A stretch of DNA of 63,652 nucleotides, filler included, from Octopus bimaculoides (GCF_001194135.2; 6 parts of 6 records of this genome joined end to end with filler, not necessarily neighbours in it); one strand, 5' to 3'; shown: positions 49,166-63,630, numbered from the whole stretch's first letter. Notes: generated by a model not told the origin, from the sequence alone. Numbers and translations: made by a program.

Positions 49166-50699
49166 AAGCTACTCTTATGAAATTCCGTTGCTGTTTAAAT
49201 TATTTTTTCATACACAGCAAAAAGGTGCTTTTTCAATGAACAAGGTTGAAAATTAAGAAGAGTAGTACTTACAAAATAAAAATACTTTGTTTCATAAATA
49301 AATGATTCAGACAATCCTTTTTGGTCGGAAACCATTACTGTCTTGAAGCAAAATGCTTATTTTCTCACTCTAACAAAAGTCTTGCTATATGTCTTATTTG
49401 ATGCTACTATTTCTGTCACTTTGTGCTTTTTTCATAACCAACCGAGTAACTTTTTAAAATTTGTGTTGGCTTATCTCACTTTAAGAACTTTATAAATTTA
49501 CAAAGCACATATGAGAAATAAATTTTTATGGTCATAGTAACAATTTTTAATGTCAATAACTTAGTTGCCTCGCTGCATACATTTGGCACGTTGTTGCTTC
49601 GATTTAGCCAAACAATTGTCGTCAAGTAGACAATTTTCACGAATACAACAGACGATGATTGATATTGTTTAGACGTCTACCTATTTCATTTAGCTATGTA
49701 TCACTATAGATTATGATATAACAACACTTTTACAAACTAAGTAACTAACCTTAACACAGCTCCTATTTATCATTTTAGGTTCTGGTGGAAAGTGGTAATC
49801 TATTAATTCTCTAACTATATTTGTTCTTACTGCTAAATTAAATTCTGAAATATTCCTTTTCCTATATTTATTCCTCTCCTATGTCTTTTGCTCTCAGTGT
49901 CTTTTATGCATTTTCTCGGAGAATCCACTATTTCTTAGTGTTTCATAATACCTTGAAAGAATCTTCATTGGAAGTTATCAAAGAAAACTATTTACTAACG
50001 TAGTTTCCTTATGATGCTGGGCGTGTAATTTTGCCTGTGTTTATTAATTTCTCATTCGGTTAGTGGTATGGTCTAAAATTATTATCAACGGCGATAAGAT
50101 CAGTATCTACGATAATGCTAAGTCGTCTCTTTTGAAATACTTTAGTCAGATTTTTTCTAAATCTAATCCAACTCATTGCCGTTACAATTTCTCAATAAAA
50201 TTAGGCCATGATCACGATATAAAATACGATCCATTTCAGAAAATTTCTTCCTCAATATATCTAAAATATATTGCCCCGTTCTTCCACTCACCTGATAACT
50301 GTGATATGCTACCATAGATACATTGAATAATTCACTTCTTTTCGTGGTCGAAAAACAGTGACTTTCTCGTATTCATAATCATTGATTTATACTAGTATCA
50401 GTAATTGCTGCCACATTATCGAGGGACTTCATTAAGAAGGCTTGATTGTTGAAGGATAAATATCTGCTATATAGTATTGCGTGAATCTACAGTTTCTTTT
50501 CTCTTTTATTCTGCGAGACTATTCTAGTACTTCTGAAATAATGTGCCATAGTTTGAGGGAGGATATTGTTATTAATCTGAAAATAATTTTCTTTGGTGCT
50601 ATTTTCCTAACTATACCAAACTCTGGCTTTGCTGAGTTAATCAATTAATCAGCAATTAGTTACACTCAAATTATAAGATGGACAGGGAAGGCAGTCATA

Positions 50700-50799
50700 N
50701 NNNNNNNNNNNNNNNNNNNNNNNNNNNNNNNNNNNNNNNNNNNTTAATTAATTAANNNNNNNNNNNNNNNNNNNNNNNNNNNNNNNNNNNNNNNNNNNN
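50700..50799. other. Artificial assembly spacer (44 N + TTAATTAATTAA + 44 N)
   Basis: Same 100-bp layout. Confidence 0.95.
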
Positions 50800-50809
50800 T
50801 ATATATGTG

Positions 50810-50895
<86 letters not shown>

Positions 50896-51280
50896 ATATA
50901 CATGTGTATTTCTGTGTAAGTGTATGTAGTATAGATGTACGTATACACATATACACATACACACACATTCACACACACAAACTCATACACACACACACAC
51001 ATACACATACACACACACACACAGATATATATATATATTATATAATGCGTAGTTATGAGTGAGTAGATTTGGTATGTTTGTGTGTGTGTTTATACATATT
51101 GCAAAGCATACATACGCACACAGACTTACACACATACATATACACGTTCAAGCTTACATATCGTTCACATACATACATATACATATGTGTCTATATGCGT
51201 GCGTACGTGTGTATATGTGTATGCATGTGTACAGGCGTGTATGTACGTATATATGTGTGTATGTGTATATGTGCATATGT

Positions 51281-51332
<52 letters not shown>

Positions 51333-51472
51333 NNNNNNNNNNNNNNNNNNNNNNNNNNNNNNNNNNNNNNNNNNNNNNNNNNNNNNNNNNNNNNNNNNNN
51401 NNNNNNNNNNNNNNNNNNNNNNNNNNNNNNNNNNNNNNNNNNNNNNNNNNNNNNNNNNNNNNNNNNNNNNNN

Positions 51473-51512
<40 letters not shown>

Positions 51513-52029
51513 TGCATATATGCATGTATGCTTGTGTGTATATTTGTGTGTGATTATGTATGTCTATAAAAAGCCTTCTTCCTGTATGCTTCAAAGCTTC
51601 GTGCAATGTTGAAACAAGACAGTGGACCACATACCACATCCATGTTGTCTGCTACATATCAAATTCTCTGTAATTCAGATAAGAAAATTACCAAAATTAT
51701 CTATTACATTTTCAATTTATCTCTCCCTGCCTATTCCTATTCTACACTATTTTCTTTAATTAGATCTGAAATATCGATCGCCTTCTAAATTTCCATCAAT
51801 GTTTTACTTCTCAAGATTTTCGTCTTGGCTGTTTGCTTAATTATATTTATTTCGTTTCGTTATTCACGTTATTTGTTTTACTATTACCGTCAGTGTTTGA
51901 TTGAAATCAACATTAAATATATTAATGTCGCGAACCATTATCAAAATGTTTCGTGTGAAGTGTTGGTAGCATTTGTTAACTCACCTTTCATCCGTTTCAA
52001 AGTCACAATATAGGACCAGTTAGATACTT

Positions 52030-52500
52030 ATATATATATACCCAGGCCTATTCCCCATTTTCTTAGGAGAGGGTGTCCAGAACATGACACACATCAGGCA
52101 TTCCATTTATTTCCCAGCTCAAAAGAGCAAGCCCCGTTCTATGCTCGGGTCAAGGCGTAAGACGCAACCACCAATATCAGCAGCGGGGCCCCAAGGGCAT
52201 TTTCTGGTTTACCCCAGCCGCATCACGCTTGTTCTGTACCCTTTGAGAAACATCAAAATTCACTCATCCGTCCACAAACACTCTCTTAGCTTTCCTATCA
52301 TTTATAAACTCTCTTGCCTCTCTCGCTCGAGTATCCCTAACCACCAAAGCTTTCCTCACTCCATCCATCTACTCAAACCGAGGTCTACCTCTGGTTCTGC
52401 TGCCTACCACTTCAGCCTCTATCGCCTTCCTTACCATCCGCTCCTCACCTATCCTCTCCATGTGGCCAAGCCACCTCAACATTCGTCTATCGAATATGGT
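52030..52500 (-). mobile_element. RTE LINE 3' end
   Basis: GHMERIGEERMVRKAIEAEVVGSRTRGRPRFE*MDGVRKAL. Confidence 0.75.
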
Positions 52501-52659
52501 TGTTAGTTTTTTCTCTCATTCCTGCTCGCCAAACATTTAACCATTATATAATATTTATTAGCCTTCATCCTCCTTCATTGTTGATGTCTATATTTCATTA
52601 ATGTTGCGGAAAATATAGGCCAAAGTTTTTGTTATTTAGTCACGTATTGGAGACTTGAC

Positions 52660-52840
52660 GTTGGCCGGTTGAACTAATCGACCCCGAGACTTATTCTTTG
52701 TAAGCCTAGTACTTATTCTATCAGTCTCTTTTTCCGAACCACTAAGTTACGGGGACGTAAACACACCAACATCGGTGTTCAAGCGATTATGGTGGGTGGG
52801 GGGGAACTCTCAGACACACAAACACACATGTATATATATA
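52660..52840 (-). mobile_element. SINE family A 3' half
   Basis: Reverse complement of the tail motifs GATAGAATAAGTACTAGGCTTACAAAGAATAAGTC. Confidence 0.7.
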
Positions 52841-53829
52841 NNNNNNNNNNNNNNNNNNNNNNNNNNNNNNNNNNNNNNNNNNNNNNNNNNNNNNNNNNNN
52901 NNNNNNNNNNNNNNNNNNNNNNNNNNNNNNNNNNNNNNNNNNNNNNNNNNNNNNNNNNNNNNNNNNNNNNNNNNNNNNNNNNNNNNNNNNNNNNNNNNNN
53001 NNNNNNNNNNNNNNNNNNNNNNNNNNNNNNNNNNNNNNNNNNNNNNNNNNNNNNNNNNNNNNNNNNNNNNNNNNNNNNNNNNNNNNNNNNNNNNNNNNNN
53101 NNNNNNNNNNNNNNNNNNNNNNNNNNNNNNNNNNNNNNNNNNNNNNNNNNNNNNNNNNNNNNNNNNNNNNNNNNNNNNNNNNNNNNNNNNNNNNNNNNNN
53201 NNNNNNNNNNNNNNNNNNNNNNNNNNNNNNNNNNNNNNNNNNNNNNNNNNNNNNNNNNNNNNNNNNNNNNNNNNNNNNNNNNNNNNNNNNNNNNNNNNNN
53301 NNNNNNNNNNNNNNNNNNNNNNNNNNNNNNNNNNNTATATATATACAGATGAGAGAACAAACGCAAGCAAGTGGAACTCAACACATTTGGGAGGAGTTAC
53401 ATTTATCATTATTTAAAACAGGTTTATTCCCTCCCATGTAACTGAAAATTTTGTAGGCTCGTTAAAGGAACCCGCATTGTCATTTTTCCCGGCATGTTAA
53501 CGATTCTGCTAAATAATAATTCCTTTTAAGTACGAAATAACCCGGTTATGGAAAACGATGGTGATGATGTTAGTATCAACTATTGTTGGGTTCTTGAGGA
53601 CAGTATCAGAAGACATGAAAAAGGAATATAAAAGAAATGCAGAGAGAGAGGGGGGGGAGAACCAAATGCAGTACATGACTGATATTATAGTAATCGAACC
53701 GAAAAAGACGACAGGCAAACTTGATCTTGGTGGGCAAAAATTGAACTCAGAACGTAGAGAGCCGCAATATCTACTGCAAAGGAACTACCTCTAGGCATGT
53801 GCCTGTAGATTAGAGAACAACAGCTGGAT

Positions 53830-54614
53830 GCGGCTTTATGACCTTCATGATGAAGGCTGGAGGGTATGGGTTAATTCTGCAAGGTGGGTCCCTCGCCTTT
53901 TGACTCCTGAACTGAAATGCACCAAGTGCACTTTATCCACGAGCAATCTGGAACTGTCTGACGCCGATGAAGAGAATTTTCCTCCTTGTTTCATTACTAT
54001 GGACGAAAGTTGGGTGCATCAGTACCAGCCTGAAACCAAAGAACAATCAAAGCAGTGGAAGCACACATCTTCTCCTACCCCAAAGAAGGCCAGAGTCATT
54101 CCTTCAGCTGGCAAGGTCATGGCGTCAGTTTTTTTGGGGATTCTCAAGGTGTCTTGCTGATCGATTACCTTGAAAAGGGTCACACAATAACAGGGCTGTA
54201 TTATTCTCAGCTAATGAAACGCCTCTGGGAAGCAATCAAAGAAAAAAGGCCGGGAATGCTCACCAGCCCACGCCTCAGTGGTTGCCATGGTAACAATTCG
54301 TGATTGTGGATACGCACTTGTTCCCCATCTGCCTTATTCGCCAGACTTAGCCCCCTCTGACTTTCATCTATTTCCAAAAATGAAAAAAGCCCTGGCTGGT
54401 CACCATTTTGCCAGTGACAATGACGTCATGGACGCTGTAGGAAGTTTCTTGGAGTCCCAAACAAAAGAGTTCTTCTACGCCGAGATAATGGCGCTTCAGC
54501 ACCGCTGGAGAAACTGTTCAGCCATCGAGGGGGACTATGTTGAAAAATAAATCATCTGAAGTGTTGCACTTTATTTTATTTTCTCGACGCTCAAGACTTT
54601 TCATACACCCCTCG
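53830..54614 (+). mobile_element. Mariner transposon 3' two-thirds, pseudogenised
   Basis: ARWVPRLLT, ITMDESWVHQYQPETKEQSKQW, HLPYSPDLAPSDFHLFPKMK...GDYVEK*; TIR end TTTTCATACACCCCTCG. Confidence 0.9.
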
Positions 54615-54650
54615 CATGCATGTGCATAAATATATATATATTTATATGCA

Positions 54651-54709
<59 letters not shown>

Positions 54710-54782
54710 TTAAATGTATATATGCATTTATATATTTTTTCCCTGTAAAAACAACACGGGCGCGCGCACACATACACATACG

Positions 54783-54817
<35 letters not shown>

Positions 54818-54877
54818 GCATATGAATAAATAGGTATCTAGATATATTGATTGATAGATTGACACATAGATAGATAA

Positions 54878-54908
<31 letters not shown>

Positions 54909-54963
54909 CATTTCTTTTATTAGCCACACAGGGCTCAACGAAGATGGGACAAATACAATGTAG

Positions 54964-55063
54964 NNNNNNNNNNNNNNNNNNNNNNNNNNNNNNNNNNNNN
55001 NNNNNNNTTAATTAATTAANNNNNNNNNNNNNNNNNNNNNNNNNNNNNNNNNNNNNNNNNNNN
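54964..55063. other. Artificial assembly spacer (44 N + TTAATTAATTAA + 44 N)
   Basis: Same 100-bp layout. Confidence 0.95.
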
Positions 55064-55699
55064 GGAGAAGTGCAGAAATTCCAGGTAGAAGTAAATCCAG
55101 TGTAGGAAGTTAAAGCAGGATAAAACTGGGTGTTTTTCACGTGACACCAACACAAATGCCTCTTCTTCCTAGCTCTTCTGTCTAACTACATCTGTCCAGC
55201 CAGCTGCCATGATTGACTGCTAGCTCCAAAAGTTCTTTTGTTCTCTCTCTGTTTTTTTTCCTCGTGTTCCTTTCTGTTTAAGAGCATAGGCTCAAAACGT
55301 AAAAGATTTTCTCACCTTCCCAATCATTAAACTAATACACCTGTTTGTTGTTTATACACCTGTCTTTGCCTTTTGTTTTCTTGCAAATTTCAACTAATAT
55401 ACATATATATATATATATACATCATCATCATTATCCTTTAACGTCTGTTTTCCATGCTGACAAGAGTTGGACAATTTGGCCAGAGCTGGTATGCTGGAAA
55501 GCTGCACCAGATTCCAATCTGATTTGGTATGGTTTATGTGGCTGGATGCCCTTCCTAACACCAACCATTTTGCAGTGTGTGCTGGGTGTGTTTAACATGG
55601 CACCAACGTGAGCGCTTTTACTCTTGTGGACCAATTGTCTGTACTGAGGTATAGAACCTTAACACTTCTGCTGTGGAGTATGGGTCTTCNNNNNNNNNN

Positions 55700-55758
<59 letters not shown>

Positions 55759-55869
55759 TGTACTGTTCTGTTTATGTAAGAACAACAAAAAAGTACTCCA
55801 TCTGGTGGAAGATAAATATTATTTAGTAAATAGTGTATATGTATATATGTACTTTTTATGACCTACTCT

Positions 55870-56330
55870 TTACTCTTTACTTGTTTCAGTCATTTGACTG
55901 CGGCCATGCTGGAGCACCGCCTTTTAGTCGAGCAAATCGACCCCAGGACTTATTCTTTGGAAGCCTAGTACTTATTCTATCGATCTCTTTTGCCGAACCG
56001 CTAAGTTACGGAGACGTAAACACACCAGCATCGGTTGTCAAGTGTTGGTGGGGGGACAAACACAGACACAAACATATACATACACATACACACACATATA
56101 TATATATATACATATATACGACGAGCTTCTTTCAATTTCCGTCTAGCAAATCCACTCACAAGGCTTTGGTCGGCCCGAGCCTATAGTAGAAGACACCTGC
56201 CCAAGNNNNNNNNNNCACAAGGCTTTGGTCGGCCCGAGCCTATAGTAGAAGACACCTGCCCAAGGTGCCACGCAGTGGGACTGAACCCGGAACCATGTGG
56301 TTGGTAAGCAAGCTACTTACCACACAGCCT
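55870..56330 (-). mobile_element. SINE family A, full-length copy in the LATS intron
   Basis: Reverse complement of 13347-13770; contains a 10-N gap with a duplicated overlap. Confidence 0.8.
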
Positions 56331-56735
56331 CTCATGAACTACTAATAGTTTTATGCAATGAAAACAACTCGGACAGCATTTTATAACATGTCTAGTGCCT
56401 TTGTGCATTCTACAGCAACATGTGGACTCACCGAAATATTTATTACATTTTTGCAAGGAAAATGTCGACTGTTTTGAAGTTATGGCTTCACACACATTTG
56501 CACACACATAAATTTACTTACATATATTTTACAGACAAGAAACTAAATTTGGATCACAGTGTAGCTGTGAAAACTACAGAAGGATTGGGTATTTTACCCT
56601 TTATAAGGCAGAAAGACATTGCCAGTAGCTGTCTATTAGCAACTTTAATCCATATCATAAGGGTAATATACCCAATCTTACTGGCTATGCTACTTTCAGA
56701 CTCTTTGTTATTTGTAAAATACCAAATATATTTGA

Positions 56736-56984
<249 letters not shown>

Positions 56985-57770
56985 TAATTNNNNNNNNNNN
57001 NNNNNNNNNNNNNNNNNNNNNNNNNNNNNNNNNNNNNNNNNNNNNNNNNNNNNNNNNNNNNNNNNNNNNNNNNNNNNNNNNNNNNNNNNNNNNNNNNNNN
57101 NNNNNNNNNNNNNNNNNNNNNNNNNNNNNNNNNNNNNNNNNNNNNNNNNNNNNNNNNNNNNNNNNNNNNNNNNNNNNNNNNNNNNNNNNNNNNNNNNNNN
57201 NNNNNNNNNNNNNNNNNNNNNNNNNNNNNNNNNNNNNNNNNNNNNNNNNNNNNNNNNNNNNNNNNNNNNNNNNNNNNNNNNNNNNNNNNNNNNNNNNNNN
57301 NNNNNNNNNNNNNNNNNNNNNNNNNNNNNNNNNNNNNNNNNNNNNNNNNNNNNNNNNNNNNNNNNNNNNNNNNNNNNNNNNNNNNNNNNNNNNNNNNNNN
57401 NNNNNNNNNNNNNNNNNNNNNNNNNNNNNNNNNNNNNNNNNNNNNNNNNNNNNNNNNNNNNNNNNNNNNNNNNNNNNNNNNNNNNNNNNNNNNNNNNNNN
57501 NNNNNNNNNNNNNNNNNNNNNNNNNNNNNNNNNNNNNNNNNNNNNNNNNNNNNNNNNNNNNNNNNNNNNNNNNNNNNNNNNNNNNNNNNNNNNNNNNNNN
57601 NNNNNNNNNNNNNNNNNNNNNNNNNNNNNNNNNNNNNNNNNNNNNNNNNNNNNNNNNNNNNNNNNNNNNNNNNNNNNNNNNNNNNNNNNNNNNNNNNNNN
57701 NNNNNNNNNNNNNNNNNNNNNNNNNNNNNNNNNNNNNNNNNNNNNNNNNNNNNNNNNNNNNNNNNNNNNN

Positions 57771-57990
57771 TCTCTCACTCTTACTTCCTGTTTCTGTTGT
57801 GCCTGTAATTCAAAGGGGCCAGCCTTGTCACACTGTGTCACGCTGAATATCCCCGAGAACTACGTTAAGGGTACACGTGTCTGCGGAGTGCTCAGCCACT
57901 TGCACGTTAATTTCACAAGCAGGCTGTTCCGTTGATCGGATCAACTGGAACCCTCGACGTCGTAAGCGACGGAGTGCCAACAACAACAAC
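57771..57990 (+). mobile_element. SINE family C 3' part
   Basis: Reverse complement match to 20690-20910. Confidence 0.75.
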
Positions 57991-59033
57991 GTCCATACAC
58001 ATCATGTGACCAAGCCAGTGCAGTCTTCTCTCCCTTGCACACTGCATTTAATTCCTCTTATGCCCAACTTTTCTCTCAATACACTTACACTGTATTGCTC
58101 ATGTTCACTGACACTGCACGTGTGTGTTTGTGTATGAACGACTCTCGTCGAAAGCGACATATGAACGTTCAGCTTTTTACCAGACGACCAGCACAAATGA
58201 TTCGTTTATTGTGATCAAATCTTCGTGCCACACATTAGTTCACTCTTTCCATTAAACCCTCATTGTCTGAACAGGTACACTGTGTAACGTGCGTCAGGTG
58301 TCGAAGTGATCACGGAGGAACGTGAGATGAAGTGTTTTGCTCAACACAATGCACTGTCCGGTCTACACACACACATGTACATACATATATATACACACAC
58401 ACGCACACATATTCACCTATTGAAACAGCCATTACTGTGTTCCTTTGGTCTTTGCTTACAAAATGACTGGAGATGTTCATATTCAGATTTTCTGTCTTTG
58501 AGAGTTGCCTCCCCTTCAGCTTTTAATCTTTTCATTTTTTTTTTTCTTTTACACTTCCTTTTATTATCAGCACTATATAGTTTCTCACTTTCTCTCTCTC
58601 ACTTTCTCTCTCTCTCTTTCTCTCTCTCTCTTTCTCTCTCTCTCTTTCTCTCTCTCATGCACACACACGATTGCGTGGTAAAGTAGTTTGCTACTAAACC
58701 ATGTGGTTTGGGGTTCAGTCTCACTGCGATGCATGTTAGACCAACAAATGGCTTGTGAGTGAAATTTGGTAGAAGGAAACTACAAACCAGTTTTGTGTGT
58801 GTTTGTATATATGTTTGTGTACGTGTCTGTNNNNNNNNNNNNNNNNNNNNNNNNNNNNNNNNNNNNNNNNNNNNNNNNNNNNNNNNNNNNNNNNNNNNNN
58901 NNNNNNNNNNNNNNNNNNNNNNNNNNNNNNNNNNNNNNNNNNNNNNNNNNNNNNNNNNNNNNNNNNNNNNNNNNNNNNNNNNNNNNNNNNNNNNNNNNNN
59001 NNNNNNNNNNNNNNNNNNNNNNNNNNNNNNNNN

Positions 59034-59102
<69 letters not shown>

Positions 59103-59146
59103 ATCTATCTATCTATCCATCATCTATCTATCTATCTATCTATTTA

Positions 59147-59182
<36 letters not shown>

Positions 59183-59271
59183 TATCTATCTATCTATCCA
59201 TCAACTCTCTGTCTATCTCTCTCTCTCTCTCTCNNNNNNNNNNATCTATCTATCTATCCATCAACTCTCTG

Positions 59272-59315
<44 letters not shown>

Positions 59316-59359
59316 TCTCTCTCTCTGTCTACCTGTGTGTGTGCCTGTCTGTCTTAGCT

Positions 59360-59710
59360 TTTGTTTCAGTCATTAGACGGTGGTCATGCTGGAGCACCAC
59401 TTTGAATTTTTATTCAAATGAATTGACCCTCGTGCTTATTCCATTGGTATCTTTTGAGCAACTTGCTAAGTTATGGGGTCATAAACACACCACAACCAGT
59501 TGTCATACGGTGGCTGGGGAGAAACAGATCCACACACACACACACCTAGATAATATATACGATGGGATTCTTTCAGTTTCCATCTACTAAATCCACTAAC
59601 AAAGGTGTTGGTGAGCCTGAGCTTATAGCTGAAGGCACTCCCCCAAGGTGCCATGCCATAGGACTAAGCCCGGAACCATTGGGAAGTAAACATCTTGCCA
59701 CACAACCATA
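59360..59710 (-). mobile_element. SINE family A, diverged copy
   Basis: Head and tail motifs on the minus strand; a second head fragment lies at 59760-59880. Confidence 0.65.
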
Positions 59711-60047
59711 CCTGCACACACACACACTCACACAAACACACACACACACACACACACACACAGATTTCTTTTAGTTTCCATCTACCACACCCACTTACAA
59801 GGCTTTGATCAGCCCAAGGTGCCATGCAGTGGGACTGAACCCAAAACCATGTGGTTGTGAAGCAAACTTCTTGCCACACCTGCACCTATGTAATTGCTAA
59901 GAGTTCCTGTAAGGCAACCACTATGCCTACTACTACTACTACTTCTACTATCATTATTTCCCTCACAACCACTACCACCATAACCGCCATCACCACCACC
60001 ACTTCTATCACCATCACTAATTCTGTCTCTGTTTTCTTCATCAACAG

Positions 60048-60428
60048 GTTATCAACTGGCACGAACATCTTCATGTACCCTTCAAGAAGCTCTCGTCGGC
60101 CTCCACTGATCTCATGCTCTCTCTCCTAACCGATCCCAGCCAGCGGCTCGGCCGGAACGGTGCCGACGAGATCAAGCATCATGCCTTCTTCGACGGCCTC
60201 TCATTCAACGGACTGCGACAGCAGCCAGCTCCGTACGCCCCAACCATCTTGTACCCCACCGACACATCGAACTTCGATCCTGTCGACCTTGACAAGCTGC
60301 AGAAAGACAACAACGATGGCCACCACAGCCAGCTGCCTCCGGAGCATGGGTTCTTCGAGTTCACGTTCCGGCGCTTCTTCGATGATGGCGGTCACCCGTA
60401 TCCTGATAGGAGCACAGTGTTTGTCTGA
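60048..60428 (+). CDS. LATS: LATS/Warts kinase, last coding exon (kinase end and AGC C-terminal tail)
   Basis: Acceptor TTTTCTTCATCAACAG|. Encodes VINWHEHLHVP...RLGRNGADEIKHHAFF...PTDTSNFDPVD...PEHGFFEFTFRRFFDDGGHPYP..STVFV*. Hydrophobic motif FFEFTF at 60351-60368. Confidence 0.95.
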   Translation, partial: VINWHEHLHVPFKKLSSASTDLMLSLLTDPSQRLGRNGADEIKHHAFFDGLSFNGLRQQPAPYAPTILYPTDTSNFDPVDLDKLQKDNNDGHHSQLPPEHGFFEFTFRRFFDDGGHPYPDRSTVFV

Positions 60429-60469
60429 GGAGGCCAAAAAAAAGAAATGCAAAACAAAAAAAAAAAAAG

Positions 60470-60569
60470 NNNNNNNNNNNNNNNNNNNNNNNNNNNNNNN
60501 NNNNNNNNNNNNNTTAATTAATTAANNNNNNNNNNNNNNNNNNNNNNNNNNNNNNNNNNNNNNNNNNNN
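60470..60569. other. Artificial assembly spacer (44 N + TTAATTAATTAA + 44 N)
   Basis: Same 100-bp layout. Confidence 0.95.
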
Positions 60570-60779
60570 ATATATATACAATGTGCTGTTTCGTGATGGT
60601 AAGATCAACAAAAAAGTATTTCATCTGATGAGAGCTATATATTATTTAATAGACACAATATATGCTTTTATGTGTTACTAATAGTTTCATATGCTGAGAA
60701 ATGCCACAAACATTTCCACCAGGCACAGACCACATATCTTGATAGCCTTTCATAATTGCCTCAACAAGTTGACATAGTA

Positions 60780-61556
60780 CTCACCATTGATAATGTGACT
60801 CTTTTGAGGATAGTCAATAAAACAATGTATTTCGCATCACAAAAACTGAGAGCATCACCTTCGCTATAGATGAAGTGATGATGACCTTCTTTGGAGCAGG
60901 TGAGGAAGTGTGTTTTCCCTGCAGGGATTGTGTCTTTATCTCTGGCTCAAAGGGTTCAACCAAACACTCATCCTGAGTTAGAAAACCAGCTAAATCTGCT
61001 TCAAACAATGTCAGATTTTCCTGTGATCTGATCAGCCTCGTGCGCTTTTGATCAGGTGTCAGACAGTATGGCACTCACTTTCGTCGTGCCATGTTCATTG
61101 TGCAGAATATTCTGAACTCTCTCACGGATATGTCAATAGCATTTATTCTTTTATTTATTATCAATCGCCTGTCATCCATCACCATGTGGTGAACACGATC
61201 AATGATCTCCTCTGTGGTCGCAGTAGCAGACTGTCCAGACTTTGGTTCGCCTTCAAAACTCTCCCTTCCCCTTGTAAATTCAGCTACCCATATTTGCACT
61301 GTTGATAAAGCTGGAGTAAGCATGTGAGCATGGATATCCTTGGGGGCTAAAACCTTTTCCCGCAGCTACCCGATAGCATCACGATGCCCAAATTTTGTCC
61401 ATTTTCAAGAGAATTCGCTACTAGATAGTTTTCCCGTCTTCTTTTAACAGTAAGACGCTAGGTTACTGGAAAGAAACAATGCAGTTATTAATAAGATGAG
61501 CTGAAATTAATGTTTCATAGCGAGGTTCTGCTCGCTATGAAACACATGCAGCCTCG
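60780..61556 (-). mobile_element. Mariner transposon 5' part, decayed
   Basis: ATG at 61402 (MDKIGHR), STVQIWVAEFTRGRESFEGEPKSG and LTPDQKRTRL...KHTSSPAPKK. Confidence 0.85.
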
Positions 61557-61590
61557 ATTTTATCTACTCCCTTCCCTAATTTTGGTTATG

Positions 61591-61628
<38 letters not shown>

Positions 61629-61722
61629 TAGATAGATAGATATATAGATAGATAGATAGATAGATACATACATACATACATACATACTTAATACATACAT
61701 ATATATATGTATACAGATATAC

Positions 61723-61753
<31 letters not shown>

Positions 61754-62839
61754 TGTATGTATGTATGTATGTGTATGTGTGTATTTATGTATGTGTAAGC
61801 TAAATACGATTCGGGTAAAAACCTTGTAGAATGCTACACATACACTTAAACCACATAAACTGCACATTAAATGCAACATATCCAATTGCAAAACCACTTG
61901 TTCCGAAATAAAACAAAGGTAAAGAAGTAGAATTTCATGGAAAAAACATATAAATGAATCAAAATAAAAAGCAGAAAAAAATAACATAATTACCGGAATA
62001 TGCAGACACGCTTCATTGTAGTCGGTACTACCAATGTTTATATCCAACTATTTACTTACTTGACAGGATCCGAACCGATCAAATTGAAATCATATTCCAT
62101 CAGCGTCTCCTTCTAGTTATTTGGGATTTGTAACATAAACCCTTCGTACGTAAATTTAAATATTAAATATCACCATTATGCCGTGGTTGAATGTAAACCA
62201 AATCATTATTATTTTACCATCTTTTTTGTTATTTAAACACTTTTCAACTTCATATCATAACAAATTATGAATCTCCTCATCGACTCCCGATGTTAATTGA
62301 AATCCTACTGATGTTTACATTTCAAATAATAAAGAGTTTACGGGAGAAATGGATTTCGTATTTTACAGGAAATCATAGAACCAATTGAAATTAATGTAGA
62401 CTTAAGATATTGCATAATATTACTACATCCAGTAGATAAAAGTGATGGAACTTCTATTATCTTGCTCCTTTTCTATCTCACTTTCTCTGTCACTCTCTCA
62501 ATGTGTGCATGTGTGTTTGTATGTGTGTGTGTATGTGTATATGTATGTATGTGTGCGTGTATGTGTGTGTGTGTGTGTGTGTGTATGTGTGTGTGTGTAT
62601 GCGTGTGGCAAGGAATAAATATTGGTCATTACATATTTTTCTTTATTGTAGCAAATTTGACATACAGTAGTCATTATAGGTTCGTTAGTGATAGGTTTAC
62701 TCAATGGGCCCATTGATCGGTTGAGAAAAATTGAATGACCTAAAGCCTTGCTACTTTCGTCAAACAAAGCAGAACAAAAATGATTCTGATAGAAAGAAGC
62801 AATTTTTAGGTCGGTCAGTATGAATACAGTAGAACTGAC

Positions 62840-63300
62840 TCGGCTCAACTAATCAATTTAGTGGATATTTATATTCTTAACTGTATACATAATGAATTTC
62901 TTGAATTAGAGCCGAGGTTATATAAAGATGACGCTCTATTCACTTTATATACGTCTAATAAAATTAATTTAGAATGGTCCAGAAAAAATCTTTTCAAATT
63001 CTTTAACCGTTTTGGTCTGTATCTCGATAGAAAACTATCATACTAAGGTTAACTTCCTTGATGTTACTCTGGATTTAAGTGCTGAATTATACCAACCATA
63101 TCATAAACCAAATGAGTGTTTATGGTATGTGAATAAAAATTTTAATCATCCAAGAACCATCATAAATTCTATCATGGAAAATATATGTTTTCGTGTTTCA
63201 AGGCCTCCGGCTAATGAGGATGTATTATAGTAAAATCAAAATTACTATAACCGCGAATTATTTGGATATAAAGACGAAATTTACTATCTCCAGAATCAAA
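62840..63300 (+). mobile_element. PLE RT fragment (AT-rich family)
   Basis: DSAQLINLVDIYIL, LYKDDAL and KVNFLDVTLDL...YQPYHKPNE..YVNKNFNHP. Confidence 0.8.
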
Positions 63301-63546
63301 ATGATAATAAAATTCCCGGAAATGATACAATATTAGATAAGTTGGAACATGATAGTGACTGTTATAAAAATAAAAATAAAGCTAGAAGTAAATGCATCAA
63401 GCAATCTTCTTTAACAAAGCTAAATAAAAGCAAGATGAATAATGTTACAAATAAGATTGGTAATAACTAAGTGTTGAAGATAAACATATTGAAATGCATA
63501 GATCTAACTCTATAGCTATTAAATATATCACGGGTATAATCATTAA

Positions 63547-63581
63547 TAATGATAATAGTGATGATGATGATGATGATGATA

Positions 63582-63630
<49 letters not shown>

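Noticed and set aside
60436-60468. A-rich tract right after the LATS stop, suggesting a retrocopy
   Set aside because: The gene retains a canonical intron (56922-60047), and the tract abuts an assembly gap.
60654-60700. CTGATGA followed by a hairpin near 60625-60670 on the plus strand
   Set aside because: No GAAA follows the stem, so the hammerhead core is incomplete.
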